Shown piece by piece: positions 13,286-27,670 of a DNA stretch of 64,000 nt. The stretch comes from Octopus vulgaris (Eukaryota), in NCBI GenBank assembly GCA_951406725.2, contig OX597816.1, positions 177,010,001 to 177,074,000 on the forward strand, in the 5' to 3' direction. Positions within the stretch are counted from its first letter, which is position 1. The number at the start of each line of letters is the position of its first letter. A program made the position numbers and the translations under genes. The notes below the pieces were generated by a model that made no database searches, was not told the origin of the DNA, and worked only from the letters and a program-made list of their open reading frames with translations.

Positions 13286-13551
13286 ACTAGCACCATGACC
13301 CAGCAACGCCGGGTCATAATGTTAGTATATCTATAATACAATAAAAACAATAGTTGCCTTTACAGGGTGAATTCTACAATAAAGATGTGATTTTCTATAT
13401 GTATTTTTAGTTGTCAACTACTTGGAATCTCTCAAAATTCTTCTAAATGATATTTGGATCTTCTTGCCATACATGGTGAATTACCTTGGATGCTTGGATG
13501 TGTATTCTAATTACATTTACTGGTGTCTGATTGTTGGATAGAGCTAATCAA

Positions 13552-14170
13552 ATCCTACTCTCTTTCTCTCTTCTCTCCCCTCTTTCCCTCTTCTCTCTTT
13601 CTCTCTTCTCTCCTACTCTCTTTCTCTCCCCTCTTTCCCTCTTCTCTCTTACTCTCTTTCTCTCTTCCCAATTTCTCTCTTCTCTCTTATTCTCTTTCAC
13701 TCTCTCTTTCTCTCTTACTCTCTTTCTCTCCCCTCTTTCTCTCTTACTCTCTTTCTCTCCCCTCTTTCCCTCTTCTCTCTTACTCTCTTCCCACTTTCTC
13801 TCTTCTCTCTTATTCTCTTTCTCTTTCACCCTCTCTTTCTCTCTTCTCTCCTCCTCTCTCTCCTCACATACCCACCTTCTCCTCCCCCCATAAGCCCACC
13901 CACCCCTACACATCCCTACTCCACCTTCCCTATCCTTCACATTCCCCCATCCTATCCCACACACCCTCTCCCACATACCCCAACTCTACCCCCACCCTCT
14001 GCCTACCCACAAACCCCAACTCTACCTCAACCCTCAGTCAAACCAACACCCGTGCTTTCCCCTTCTCTCGCCTCCGCCACCTCCCAACAACATCACACCA
14101 CACCACACCACACTATACAACATTACACATCACATCACAACACCCAACCCCCACACCCATCCCCAAATTT
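13552..14170. repeat. Polypyrimidine (CT-rich) then CA-rich low-complexity tract
   Basis: About 310 nt of almost pure C/T with repeated units ctcttactctctttctctcccctcttt. Confidence 0.9.
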
Positions 14171-14408
14171 TCACACCTACACATACATACACGTACACGT
14201 CCAGACCACCAGTCCTCTTTCACACGCACATACATATACTCTTATACACACACGCACCTTCATGTTGGGGGTCCTCTTCACTTTGTTATCTCCCCTACTT
14301 TCCTTCTCATGTGTGACCCTTCTGTCTGAGTCAGTCGCCATGATAGATCGTTAGCTACTACACACATTTTTTTTTGCTCCTTGTTTCTCTCCTTGATTTT
14401 CTGTGTAC

Positions 14409-14444
14409 CTTTCTGTAAAAGAGCGTAGGCTCGAAACGTAAAAG
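14409..14444 (+). ncRNA. Hammerhead-like motif with variant core
   Basis: cttt-ctgtaaaa-gagc gtag gctc-GAAAC-GTA-aaag: stems I and II are perfect, but the CUGANGA box is non-canonical. Confidence 0.4.
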
Positions 14445-14547
14445 ACTTTTTCTATTCCTGAGCATTATACTAATACATCTGTTTGTTTCGTACACCACCT
14501 GACTTCGTCTTTTGTCTTTTTTCGTAAACTCTCCCTATATATATACA

Positions 14548-14612
<65 letters not shown>

Positions 14613-16401
14613 ATATGTATACTTACTCTTTTACTCTTTTATTCTTTTACTTGTTTCAGTCATTTGACTGTGGCCATGCTGGAGCACCGCCTTTAGTCGA
14701 GCAAATCGACCCCGGGACTTATTCTTTGCAAGCCCAGAACTTATTCTATCGGTCACTTTTGCCGAACCGCTATCTTTTATTTTTTAACTTGTTTCAGTCA
14801 TTAGAATGGGACCATGCTGGAGCATTGCCTTCAAGAATTTTTTTGTCAAATGAATCAAGCGCAGCACTTATCTCTCTGACCGAACCAACTACCATCCCAT
14901 TACACTCATTTACAGCATCTGAAAAGTAAAGAGGACAACTTTTAGTAACCACCATCTATTTCTCATTTTTTTTATCAATAGTTTCTTGTCAGACTGCATT
15001 TGCTGGTGCAGCCCTCATTGGCTGACACTCTGTCAACTCTGATGTGTTAGGTTGGCCCCTCAGCTAGTTTCTGAGATGTTAAGAAAGTTACTAATTGTAC
15101 AACTAAAAGACTGACAGATACTCCCACCTGGACAAGTTGTCATTCTACCACAAGGTTAATCATCCCCTCTAATTGCAGTTGTTACTCACTTCCAGGTGAG
15201 TGAACTGGAGTAACATGAAATGAGGTGCCTTGCCCAAGGAGACAAGGCACTGCCTTGCCCAAGGAGACAAGGCACTGCCTCACTTGGGAACTAAGCCTAT
15301 GACCTTATGGTTGTGAATCTGGAGGTGTCTCACAACTGCAAGAGACTGAGGTTGGATCTATAGCTTATACTGGAGGGGGTACCTATATATGAATGAATGA
15401 GTGAGGCCGTTGCCAGTACCGTCTGACTGGTCCCCATGCTGGTGGAACATAAAAGCACCCACTACACTCTCAGAGTGGTTGGCGTTAGGAAGGGCTTCCA
15501 GCTATTGAAACTCTGCCAGATCAGATTGGAGCCTGGTGCAGCCATCTGATTCACCAGTCCTCAGTCAAACTGTCCAACCCATGCTAGCATGGAAAGCGGA
15601 CGTTAAACGATGATAAGCACACCAGTTCACAAAAAGAGAGTGGTAATAGGAAGTGCATCCAGTTACAAAACCCAACTTCAAAATAGGGAACCATGATGTG
15701 TATAATACACTGTCATGGACCTTGCAAAGCTAACCTTCTCTTTAACAAGGAAAACAGCTTTAAAACATTTGTTATGCACATGCATACACACACACACAAA
15801 CCTACAAAACAAACACATGTGTATGTACATATATATGAAGATGATTTTGGAAGTAAATGTTTGAATGTGTGTATAGGGCATGTTAATGTGTGAATGTGTC
15901 TGCTCATAACAGTCACTACATATTGACCTACAGTATAATCACACATGTATACGTGTTTGTACAAAACAGAAAATGAAAATAAAAGTATTTCATCCTTATT
16001 GTGGTTGGCTCTATCTCTTATCTTAGACGTTCAGACAGTTGCTAAGTTGTAGGTGGTGATGTTTATATAGGTGGTATCCGCACAGCAACCGAGAGCAACG
16101 TTTTCTCTTAGCAAGTATGTGTCTGCATCATAATTAGTGTTTTTCAAACAGATTTTTCCTCCATGTTTTCACGAGAAGGTGGAGTCTACTGAGCTACATT
16201 TATCACTGAACTAATATATCACTGTCATAAACTGTAACAGAAATGTGCAATACAAGTGGAATGCAGGCATGCTTTTCTGAATGTGCGTATATGTGTGTGC
16301 TTGTGCATGTATGTACATATAAATATTTGTAGATAAATAGACGTTTTGCAATTTGTAATATACAACTGACTTGACAGTCAAACATACACATATGAATGTA
16401 A

Positions 16402-16445
<44 letters not shown>

Positions 16446-17164
16446 TCCCAATGAGTACATATAAATATCTGTCTGACCATGTGCATCTGTATTAAGATTT
16501 CTCTTTTTCTCTCATATATATGTGTCTGTGTGTTTTAGATTCATCTAAAGTTGCAAGGAAACCCAGAGAACTACAAACCCCATCTTTCTGTTCCATACCA
16601 CTCTTAATATAGCACTACAGAAACCTGGGAGGTCCATATGTTGTACATGGATGTAGATATGCAGACACATCACTCACCAAAGTACAAGAGATACATACAC
16701 TTCTTGTGAAATTAGAACTGTGACAGTCTATACTAAGTCAAAACTAGCTGACCTAAGTTTACTCTCTCCATAAACACCACAATCACAGTCTATAAGAAAT
16801 GTTTGTGCCCACTGAAAAAACTTGGAATAGCAATCTGGCCTAAATTATTGACCCTTATTACATGTTACTGGGAAAGAATTAACAACAGAGGCATTGACTT
16901 AATGGAGGTAACAACATGGATATGAACTTTATAAGGCTAGATGACATGCAGACACACAGCCTAGAGAGTAAGGCTCATGATCATAAGGTTGTGAGATCAA
17001 TTCCTAGTGGTGAATTGTGTTCTTGAGCAAGACACTTTATTTCATGTTGCTCCAGTCCACTCAGCTGGCGAAAATGAGTAGTATCTGTATTTCAAAGGGC
17101 CGGCCATGTCACATTCTGTGTCACGCTGAATCTCCCTGAGAACTATGTTATGGGTATGCATAGT

Positions 17165-17810
17165 GTAAGTCACTGTGCCTGTACATTCATCGATCTAGAA
17201 AAGACCTTTTATAGAATACTACTCCCTGCAAAGGTGCTAAGAAAACTAGGTGCGGATGAATAGCTTGTGAGAGCCATGCCCACCATACACAGAAATGTTG
17301 TCAGTAAAGTCAGAATTAGTACTGAGTTCAGTGATGAATCTAGTATGCAGAGACATCAGAGCTTAGTTCCCAGTTCTCTCACTAGACTGTGTCTCTGTAG
17401 AAATCCCTATATGCCAAGTTTTCATAGATGAATCTGTCGAAGAATTTGAAAAGAAGTTCTAAACAGAATTGAGAAGCATTAAACTAAATCAAGTAAAGGC
17501 AAAAGTAAAGACACAGGAAAGAAGACAGGACTTTACTAATTCTAGGAAGGCTGTCATGTTCAATATGCAGAGAAGGATTAGTTAAAAACTCTGTACCTTG
17601 TACTACGTGTAAACTATGGGTGCCTAAGAGGTATATGCAGGCTGATAGAGAAGAAATACTTCTTATCAAGTACATGTACAGGAGTATTTAACAGTACGAC
17701 TAAATATGAGATAACTTCTTTAAAATGCTCAGAAGGTTTCTTAGAAATAATTGATAGTTTATATTACCTAGGTGACCTAATAACCAGTAGAAGTGAGTGT
17801 TCCAAAGTAA
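17165..17810 (+). mobile_element. Decayed LINE RT fragment (RTE-like)
   Basis: ttcatcgatctagaaaagaccttt reads FIDLEKTF (cf. FVDLEKAFD); ttacctaggtgacctaata resembles the YLGD motif. Confidence 0.55.
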
Positions 17811-17903
17811 AATCAGTTGATCAAAAATATTGGGGAATATAGTCAATGCAGATTGGAATGGATCTAATAAAGCTGATATATATCCACAGCTTTCACTAGC
17901 ATT

Positions 17904-18323
17904 TTAACCCTTTAGCATTTAAGCCGGCCATATCCGGCCAAAAGTATTCTGCCTGTTTTATGTTCAAACTGGTCAGATCTGGTCTCTCACACCAACCCTA
18001 CAATATCGTTTTAAAAATCAACAGCTACCTCATCAAAATCTCATAGCTACAAGATAATGCATGATTAGTTCAAAACAACGTGGATAAAAAAGAATTAATT
18101 TTGGCAGAATAATGCGAACACTAAAGGGTTAAACTGGCCATATATGTTTTATGTACAGATTGACCATATTCGGCCTCTCACACCTACCCTAAAATGTCAT
18201 ATTAAAAATAAACAAGAACATCATCGAAATCTCAACACAGAAAGATAATGCACAAGTAATTCAAAACAGTGTGAATAAATAAGTTTTACATTTGACAGAA
18301 AAATCTGAATGCTAAAGGGTTAA
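17904..18323. mobile_element. Two adjacent piggyBac-like (TTAA) MITEs
   Basis: ttaaccctttagcattt...ctaaagggttaa, followed directly by a second copy ending aatgctaaagggttaa; family also at about 1034-1252, 52070-52274 and 55200-55660. Confidence 0.75.
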
Positions 18324-20046
18324 AGATCCATTCCAGTCTGATTGATCAGTATTGTCCAATTAATCATATTGGAGTTCTCTGATTTTAAGCAACTCTAGTG
18401 GAAGTTTTTGTCTACTAATTGTTTGGATAATCTTAGTTGATTGAAGTTACTCAACTCACTATATTACTTATGTGAGACAGTATTTATATTTAGTGTGAAA
18501 CACTCATCTGGGGTAATTTTTCTCAGATCTGAATAGTACAACTGTTGATGGCTAGCATGTTGTTCCTTAATTGATAAGGTGAATGGAGTATCACTGGTCT
18601 TCATCTACTTTCTATATCTTGCATGTGAAGTTCTAAGCACCATACCATGGCAAACTGTTTCAGAGAACAGGCTAAAAGTGACATGAAGTGGCGGGTCTTA
18701 ATATGGTATCACTAAATGAATGACTTCCACAATGAAGCTGCTAGTCAAAGAAAAAAACGTTGCAGACATATTGTAAGAATTTTGTGTTTACAACCAAGGC
18801 AAACCACCTAGTAGGAAGAAATTGGCAGTGGTCAAAAATGGAGAGGTATTAACTCTACCCAAGACATGTCCTATGATCAACACACCAAGAAATAGCTCTT
18901 CAGAAGAATGTCTGCAGCACAGGTTAACAATTTCATCAAAGTGAAAGTAAAAAGTGTGCTACAGGTGACTTGTCAGGAAAGAGTGTGGTAGAGAAAACTT
19001 AAAGGGTTTACTAATAGGGAAATATGAACCAAAAATCAATAAACATACAGGGAATCAGTCTTAGTGAATAATTTAATTGCATGCCAATGATCCTTTATAA
19101 CCCAATGCAAAACGCGTGAAAACATGCCATTCTTATAGTCATTTCACTTTAAGGAAGGGGCTGAGATAGCTTTGAAATGTTAATGGACTAATAGAATTAT
19201 AAATGCTAATATAAAGCAAGAAGAAATGGAGAAGACAGGAGAGAGGGAAAGAGGAAGAGTAATGTCAAAATACCCAGAGAAAATGAGCTGTCATGAACAT
19301 GATATTTGTACCCTAGTATGCAAATCATGTGATTAGATTCCCAGAGTAAAAGAGTTATATACCATAATAGAAATGAGACTTTATTCTTGATGACTGATTT
19401 ATTTTTGAGAAGAAATCAAAAGTAACATTTTAAATACCTTTACCTGTCTATTAAATTCACAATGGAAACCCCGTGAAAAAGAATTAATATTTTTAGATAT
19501 TTTCATAAATGTAATACTGAATTACAGCAAATATATTGAACTTTAATTCACATCATGTATCACACCTTAAAAGGAACATTCCATGATGCATTGCAAGATG
19601 AATGTGTCTGATAGGGGTCGCTTTAGAATTACAGCAAATTTAACTAAATGAACTTAGAAGCTTTCTAAACCATCAAAATTAGCTCTTGCTCTTAACAGAT
19701 GATGGGATTAAAAAAGTAAGGGAACTGGATATATCTCAACTTAGAACGCCTAGACAAAAAACTGAGACGTTATGTTAAGGCATTTGTCAACACTTACGAT
19801 AAAACATATTTGCTTCCATTAAGATACACTTACAAAGTCTGTTTATTCAAAACGGAAAAAAAAAAGCTTAATTATCAACTAATGAACCTTGAAAAATACT
19901 TTACAAAGGCCAAATTCATATCAGAAAATGATTTTTCATAAAAAACTTTTAGAGAGGCCATGCAATAGAGATATCTTCAATTATTTGGAAACTATTCCTG
20001 AGACAAAGCTTAAGATTGGATAATCTTTCAAAATAAATGTTAGCAT

Positions 20047-20177
20047 AGGTGCAGGATTGGCTGTGTTGTAAGTAGCTTGTTTACCAACCACATGGTTCCG
20101 GGTTCAGTACCACTGACCAAAGCCTTGTGAGTGGATTTGGTAGACGGAAACAGAAAGAAGCCCGTCATATATATGTG

Positions 20178-20212
<35 letters not shown>

Positions 20213-20430
20213 AAGTTTGTGTGTCTGTGTTTGTCCCCCTAGCATTGCTTGACAACCGATGCTGGTGTGTTTACGTCGCCGTCACTTAGCGGTTCGGCAA
20301 AAGAGACCGATAGAATAAGTACAGGGCTTACAAAAGAATAAGTCCCGGGGTCGAGTTGCTCGACTAAAGGCGGTGCTCCAGCATGGCCGCAGTCAAATGA
20401 CTGAAACAAATAAAAGAGTAAAAAAGAGTA
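20047..20430 (+). mobile_element. SINE family A
   Basis: Copy with a small internal deletion. Confidence 0.88.
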
Positions 20431-20926
20431 TGATGCATGTTGTATAATCTGCCCCACTTTTAAAGAAAATGATATCAGACAAATTGAAAATTCCATGAGA
20501 ATGAGTCCAAATACATAAATACCAAATAAGGAAAATCCCAATGAGTGAATATTTAGAAATTTGTGAGAACAGCAAATTCAAAAACAGCTTTCTATAAATA
20601 TTCAAAGGAATATTTACAATATCAGAAAGGCAGAAAGAAGTTTTAAAATATTTTTTACTAATAAATTTTCTCCAAAACAAGCACATGACAACTGTTCTTA
20701 GTGGCACAAAAGCTTTACTTCATAAGAAATTTATAAACATACACACATTAAAATTGTGATGAGTTTAAACAAATAAAAATGCTATATTTCAACTTAACTG
20801 TATTTCAAATGGTTTTAATTTGACTGATTGTAATTTTTTTTTTTTTTTTTTTTTTACTAAATAGTGTTTTGCTTCCTTCAGTATCCTGCTTATGTCACTA
20901 AGTTCTTTCCTTTGACTATTGTTATT

Positions 20927-20964
<38 letters not shown>

Positions 20965-21657
20965 GAGAGAGAGAACGAATGTGTGTGTGAATTCATGTAT
21001 TCATGTTTGTATGCAATGCTTGATATTATACCGAAAACGTTGATTTATAACCTATATGACATATCCCTACAAAGACACAAACTCCCTGTTGCTTGGTGCC
21101 ATAATAAAGCCCACCAGCAGACTGAATAAAATGGCTGATGTTATGAATAGTATCCAACCATAAAACTTCACATACACTCATTTGCATATAATGTATGTCA
21201 AGGATCATAGTTATTTCAATAAGATCTTAACAAATATTCCTGTATAAGATTAGAGGAAAAGGGGTCTACAAGCCAGATTCAATGCAGACTGCTCAAGTTG
21301 CTGATCAATAAAGACGTACCCTGTTACAAGAAAAACAACAACTTGTGTCTTTTTCTTTTGTATCTTGGCTGCATTTGTTTAGGGCTTCAATATGTTTTAT
21401 ATGATTTATAAAGCTTTTAAGTAGGCATACCATACTGCTGCTTAACCCTGGGTCAGTCCTGATAAGCAGATTTAGGATCAAAGGCATTCCAGCTTTGATC
21501 ATCCATTTTTATATGCAAAGTATTGCTAAGAGACGACATTACCTAATGCATCCTTCCTCCATGCCTATAAGACATGTTTTGAGGGAGATTTGGCTGCTAT
21601 TTATTTCTTGCAGATTGAGCAACTGCATAGAGCCCATCTTGTTGACTTGTAAGATAT

Positions 21658-22059
21658 ACTCTCTTTTTACTCTTTTTTACTCGTTTCAGTCATTTGACTG
21701 CGGCCATGCTGGAGCACCGCCTTTAGTTGAGCAACTAGACCCAAGGACTTATTCTTTGTAAGCCCAGTACTTATTCTATCGGTCTCTTTTGCCGAACCGC
21801 TAAGTGACGGGGACGTAAACACACCAGTATCGGTTGTCAAGCAATGCTAGGGGGACAAACACAGACACACGAACACACACATACATATATATATACATAT
21901 ATACGACAGGCTTCTTTCAGTTTCCGTCTACCAAATCCACTCACAAGGCTTTGGTCGGCCCGGGGCTATAGCAGAAGACACTTGCCCAAGATGCCACGCA
22001 GTGGGACTGAACCCGGAACCATGCGGTTGGTTAGCAAGCTACTTACCACACAGCCACTC
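21658..22059 (-). mobile_element. SINE family A
   Basis: Full-length reverse copy. Confidence 0.9.
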
Positions 22060-23149
22060 ATAGGCCGTTATGATCTCACACACACACACACACTTACCAT
22101 TCATGGACACAAACTAACCAATAGGGAAATGACCCTTTAATCAGTTAGGATATTTTCCATATAGTTCTGGCATAAACACAGGTGTGTGAAAATAAATGCT
22201 TTGATAATAATATTACATACAAAGGTGCAAGACATATGTCCTCCAAACCACATCTCAGGTAAAGACTTAAGCTTAGTGTCTTTGTTATGCAACTGAGCAA
22301 CTGGATCCGTGAAAGAGAGAGAGAGAGAGAGAGAGAACAGGTATGCTGAAAGGATTAAGGCTAATCATAAAAGGAATGTTGATATCATGGCATGTAATAA
22401 GTTTTAATATCTTATTTCGTCAATTAATTCATAATTTATTTTACGACAATTTGTAATTTATTTCATGAATAATTTTTACTGATATATATCTCCAGTATTC
22501 TAAATGTGCTATAAGAATGTTTGCTACCTCCAACCTTTCTAATTTACTCATTAAATGCTAATATTGTTATTACTAGATCAACCATAGATCTATGCAGTAG
22601 ATATCTCTATTGCATGGCCTCTCTAAAAGTTTTTATGAAAAATCATTTTCTGATATGAATTTGGCCTTTGTGAAGTATTTTTCAAGGTTCATTAGTTGAT
22701 AATTAAGCTTTTTTTTTCGTTTTGAATAAACAGACTTTGTAAGTGTATCTTAATGGAAGCAAATATGTTTTATCGTAAGTGTTGACATAATGTCGTCTCT
22801 TAGCAATACCATAGAATTATTACAAACTAAGAATTTTGACAAAAGGTACATATCAGTGAAACAACTGAGAAAAGTTGACCAAAAATTAGACCATTGAAAC
22901 ACATGCATTGTAGAATAGTCACTTTGTAATTACTTCTTCATGTGTCAATATTTTAATTACATCATTGTGACCTGGTTACTGATACAGTTTAATACATTTA
23001 TTTTATACTGAAGGTGACATGAAGGCTAAATTTACATTGGCTACATATAAACTGAATAACATAATTTCAGAGTACATGCTGAACTGTGTCAATGACCAGC
23101 TCACAGAGGTGTGATGAAAATTTTGACAGTGGAGCAAAAGAACTTTTGA

Positions 23150-23599
23150 CACCCTTTAGCATTTAAACAGGACATCTGGTCCAAATATTTTACTTATTTA
23201 ATATTTATTTCTTTACTACCCACAAGGGGCTAAACATAGAGGGGACAAACAAGGACAGACAAAGGGATTAAGTCGATTCCATCGACCCCAGTGCATAACT
23301 GGTACTTAATTTATCGACCCTGAAAGGATGAAAGGCAAAGTCAACCTCAGCGGAGTTTGAACTCAGAACATAACGGCAGACGAAATACGGCTACGCATTT
23401 TGCCCGGCGTGCTACCGTTTCTGCCAGCTCGCCACCTTACTTATTTAATATTCAAACTGGCTAGATCCAGCCTCTCACACCTACCCTACAATGCCATTCT
23501 AAAACTGAAGCCTTGTATCATCAAAATCTTGAAGCTATAAGAGAATGTGAATAGATAAGCATTACGTTTGACAGTGTAATCTGAATGCTAAAGGGTTAA
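23150..23599. mobile_element. TTAA MITE with nested SINE (about 23204-23437, minus)
   Basis: accctttagcattt...aatgctaaagggttaa; the SINE is flanked by the apparent duplication ttacttatttaatatt. Confidence 0.75.
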
Positions 23600-25957
23600 G
23601 AAAGGAAGAGTTAACACAACAGTACATGTGTTCTTAAATGGCTAAAATGACTTTACCATGAAGTAACTAGGTCAGTTTCAACACACAATCTCAGATCAAG
23701 TAACCAAATGCATACAAAGCTGAAATAAGTCATTGAAAAATAACTCATCTAAAGAATCAAATTAACACTAAAAAGATAATTATTCCTTCAGTAACATTTT
23801 TTTTGATTATTCCTATAAAATATTTCTTTTTGATAGCTTTCTACAAATTGAAGCAATCTCTTTCTCTTTCTGTCACAGGAACAGGATATCCCAAATATTG
23901 TGTTCATTATGAAAACATTTTGAAGTGCACCATTGGTGGCAAAAGTGAAAATTAAGCCATTTATATAGTCCAAAAAAGAGAGAGGTAGGTGTAAGAGAAG
24001 CTGAGTGATAAGAAGAACAAATAGAAAGGAAATGTTTAAATGAAGCCCATACTCCATTAACATGTGGCCATGAATTTAATTTAACAAATAAAAAGTCTAT
24101 AACCAAGAACAGTATCATGTAATTCAGTTCTGAAAGATATCATTAGTAGGCTTCACATGCTGTTCCATCGATCCTTAGAGAACATCTCATCTCATAAATA
24201 AAACATTAATTAAACCATAATGGCTGTATGGTTATGAAATTAACTTTGCAGCCACATGCTTCTAGATTCAACCTCACTATGTGACATCTTGGGTAAGTAT
24301 CTTCAACCATAGCTAGAAACTGTATAGAAGCCTTCTATATACATATGTATATATGTTTATATTGTTTGCTATATATCTGTAAAGGATGTAAACATCGGTG
24401 AAGAACACTGGTATTTTTACAAATGAAGTTCAGTGGGTTACAGATGCTTCAATTCTCAATATTTGTCATTGAAAAAAAATAAAAACATCAATCAATGATC
24501 AGATTAATGAACATCTGTAATCAATGATGCTCTTGTTCACAAATTGCAATATGAAATCAATACTATATTTTCTGGCATATACTGGAATTTTTCAGACTGA
24601 AATTTACAACCCCAAAAAAGGAAGGTCAACTTATACATCAAAACAACTTCAGAGCACCAAAGATTCTATGTGAAATGCTGTAGGATTTAGAAAGATAGTG
24701 ACAATGTTTGAATGTTTACACATGTTCGCACTATGTATACAGTAAAACATAAAATGGATAAATAAATGCTGAATAATGAAAAGATATAGAGATCTGTAAA
24801 GTATTTATGTAGGTGAAAAGTGAAAACAACTCCACCACTTTTTATTCCAGTCAAATTTATCCATTCTAAAAAGAAATCTATGTTAGACAACTCGTTAATG
24901 AAATCATTATGCAGTCAAGGCAAAGTACAAGAATTAAAAGTAATATTTAAAAGTAAATTGCATTTATATGGGATTACAGAGATTAAACTGAATGTTGTAC
25001 TATGTTTAATTGGGGTAGATGAGAAGATATAAAAAATAAATTAATCTTAATTACAAGACAAATTTCCAGGCTTGCAAATAGTTAAAATCCAATGGAAAGA
25101 AATAACTCCTAACTAAAAGTGTAATGAACTTTTAATTAGGGATGAAAGTAAAAACATTTTTTTTTCAAAGAAACAAAAAAGACAAAAGTGGCAAGTTTTA
25201 GAATCTACTCCTTATTGATGACAACATGACTAGGAAGAAGAATGAAGGAAGTTACCTAATAGGGGTTATTTTTTATATTTTATATAGCATCTTATGAACA
25301 ACAGTATCATAAGCTACAAGATTCCAATTGGCTAATCAACATTTAAAAAAAATATTGACATGAGATTGTCAATCCAACTTTAGTATAACAAATATTTCAT
25401 TCTAAAACTCTTATCAGTTTTCTTGCCAGTGTTAACATCTTCAGTAACACACACACACATTATTAACCATTAAATATAGTGCCAAGAAACCCTAAAAGAA
25501 CTCACACGTGATCAGGTGACTGACCTGGCTATCAGATGTTGTTACACATCGCTGGTCACAATGTGCATTTGCATTGTTTTAGCCTTCAAATGATGTCACC
25601 CCTGCTGACTGGGCAACATTCCCCACCAATTAAAAGGGGGACTGGAGCAATGAGAAGTGAAGTGTTTTGCTCAAGAACACAATGTGCTACCAAATCTAGG
25701 AAGTGCACTAGGCTATGCACTTTCATAAAAAAAAAAAGACCTCTATACAATGGAAATAGACATTTCTGAGACATACTTGGTTATTATTGGTTGTGCAGAA
25801 TCCTTGGAGAATTAACATCGAAATTAGAAATACAGTGTGATGTCTGTAACTTTTAAGTAAAAAGGGTAATACCATGCATGCATATGTGCATGCACTCACA
25901 CACTTATGTTCACATGCATGCATTTACATGCACATGCACGCAGAAGATTATACTTAC

Positions 25958-26048
25958 ATTGCAACAATGAATGCTGACAGATATAAAATGGGATTGGTAA
26001 CATCCTTACTCGGAAGGAGTATTTACATTCTCCTCCACAAGTGAAACA
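25958..26048 (-). CDS. Possible exon (Cys-containing if read in phase 0)
   Basis: Good splice signals ttctttatctag| and |gtaagta; 91 nt. Only phase 0 is open: CFTCGGECKYSFRVRMLPIPFYICQHSLLQ. Confidence 0.25.
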
Positions 26049-26840
26049 CTAGATAAAGAAATCCACAATACTCAGAATAAAAAAAAAACACTAATCAACA
26101 ATTAATATTCTAATGAACTAATAAACCAAACCACAGAGCACTATAGGAATGAATGCGTTAAACACCGCACCTATTATAGATACAGAAACCATACAAAGGG
26201 TATTGTGTGAATGAAATACATACTAATTAGATGAACATGTTATCACAAACCTTGTAAAACAAAACACTTTATAATGAACAATAAATTAACACACGTAATT
26301 AACTACAAAAACAAGGGCATCAAAAACTTTTTAATTAATAAGAAACCACATGTAAACTCATATATAAACTACAAATGAGTAATGTAATTTATAAATTTGA
26401 TTACAAATGGGAAACATATATACATATTCATATCATCATCATTTATACACCTGTCATTTTTTTCCCCCCATGCTAGCATGAGTTGGATGAGACTTAACGA
26501 GGCAGCAATCTGTGGCTGGATGCCCTTCTTGCCATATTAGTTTCTTTCAAGTAAAGTATTTATATTCCAATGGTTTTTTTCACACACTGATACCACTATG
26601 CAATGAGAAATTGATTCTTATAACCAATGTTATGAAAACCCATACTGAATTTAATTATTTATTCCCAGCTTAGAGTCTTCTCAAGTGTATGGAATTTACT
26701 CATAGGGCACTGGGATTTTACTGAATTTTCTGCTGATTTTAGAACAATCTAGTGGATTTGGAAAACTGTATTAAAGTTGGAGTGTATAAAAACCAGTTTA
26801 TACTCCCACACTCCATGCACTCTCCCCTGAGGGCAATATA

Positions 26841-26905
<65 letters not shown>

Positions 26906-27218
26906 ATCATAACAAGGGGTCAGCTTTAATGCATTACAGCGTGCTGCTAGAAATAGACATTAAAGTCTTTTTTACTACCTTAAAATCTTCGAGAATAATA
27001 CACTTATTGTAGGTAAGTAAAAGAAAGATAATTAATCAAACTTAGTTAACTGTAGATGCGTTTCAAACTCAAAGTAAAAATAATTTTACTTACTGTCTCA
27101 CCTTGTTATAATAATGTATATAATTATAAAATAATTTGTAAAATTTACTTTAAAGGTTTTTATTTTTTGCACTGGCTACCTGGTAAAATCATTATTGATT
27201 TTACCCTTTATTATATAT

Positions 27219-27615
27219 ACTAGCAGTATCGCCCGGCGTTGCTCGGGTTTGTAAGGGAAATAACTATATAAGCATTTTTAGAAATGTAAAGTATAATAGC
27301 CATCTCAATATGGCTAACCACAAAGAGGGGGGTGTTACTGTAGCTTTTTACATGTTCTGAGATTTAATAATAAATTTTTAGAGAGTTACTTCCCTTATAT
27401 ATGCCAAAAATGCATTAAAAATGGGAAAAATTGATGGTAAAGTTTTTTTAAAATTGTAGACTCATCGTAGACGCGCGCTAATACCCAGAAGGGCTCGACA
27501 TGAATCACGACTATAAGATACTCGGTTTTGGTTACACTGCACCGCAAAATGTGGGAGTAGTTAGGAATCTAAATCATAGGAGACAGACAGCACACAACCT
27601 TACTTTTATATATAA
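27219..27615 (-). mobile_element. DINE-1/Helentron-like non-autonomous element
   Basis: One end is actag plus hairpin gcccggcgttgctcgggt; the other is agacagacagcacacaac...ttttatatata. Confidence 0.6.
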
Positions 27616-27618
27616 AGA

Positions 27619-27670
<52 letters not shown>

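Larger units (their letters stand above)
11578..13326 (+). mobile_element. DINE-1/Helentron-like element split by LINE and PLE insertions
   Basis: 5' part tatataaaactgagaatgtgtg(tctg)n...accaatttcattcaaatttt; 3' hairpin gacccagcaacgccgggtc plus ttagt at about 13297-13326. Confidence 0.5.
19785..22787. repeat. Inverted repeat, arms 19785-19976 / 22599-22787
   Basis: About 190-bp arms, differing by a substitution and homopolymer lengths. Confidence 0.95.

Noticed and set aside
13523-14329. 268-aa S/L/P-rich ORF
   Set aside because: CT-rich low-complexity DNA with no domain.
18560-19100. Possible decayed retroelement coding sequence
   Set aside because: No motif could be read with confidence.
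19444-19516. Minus-strand 'RGFHCEFN' as a possible EGF tail exon
   Set aside because: Lacks the fifth Cys and has a weak donor.
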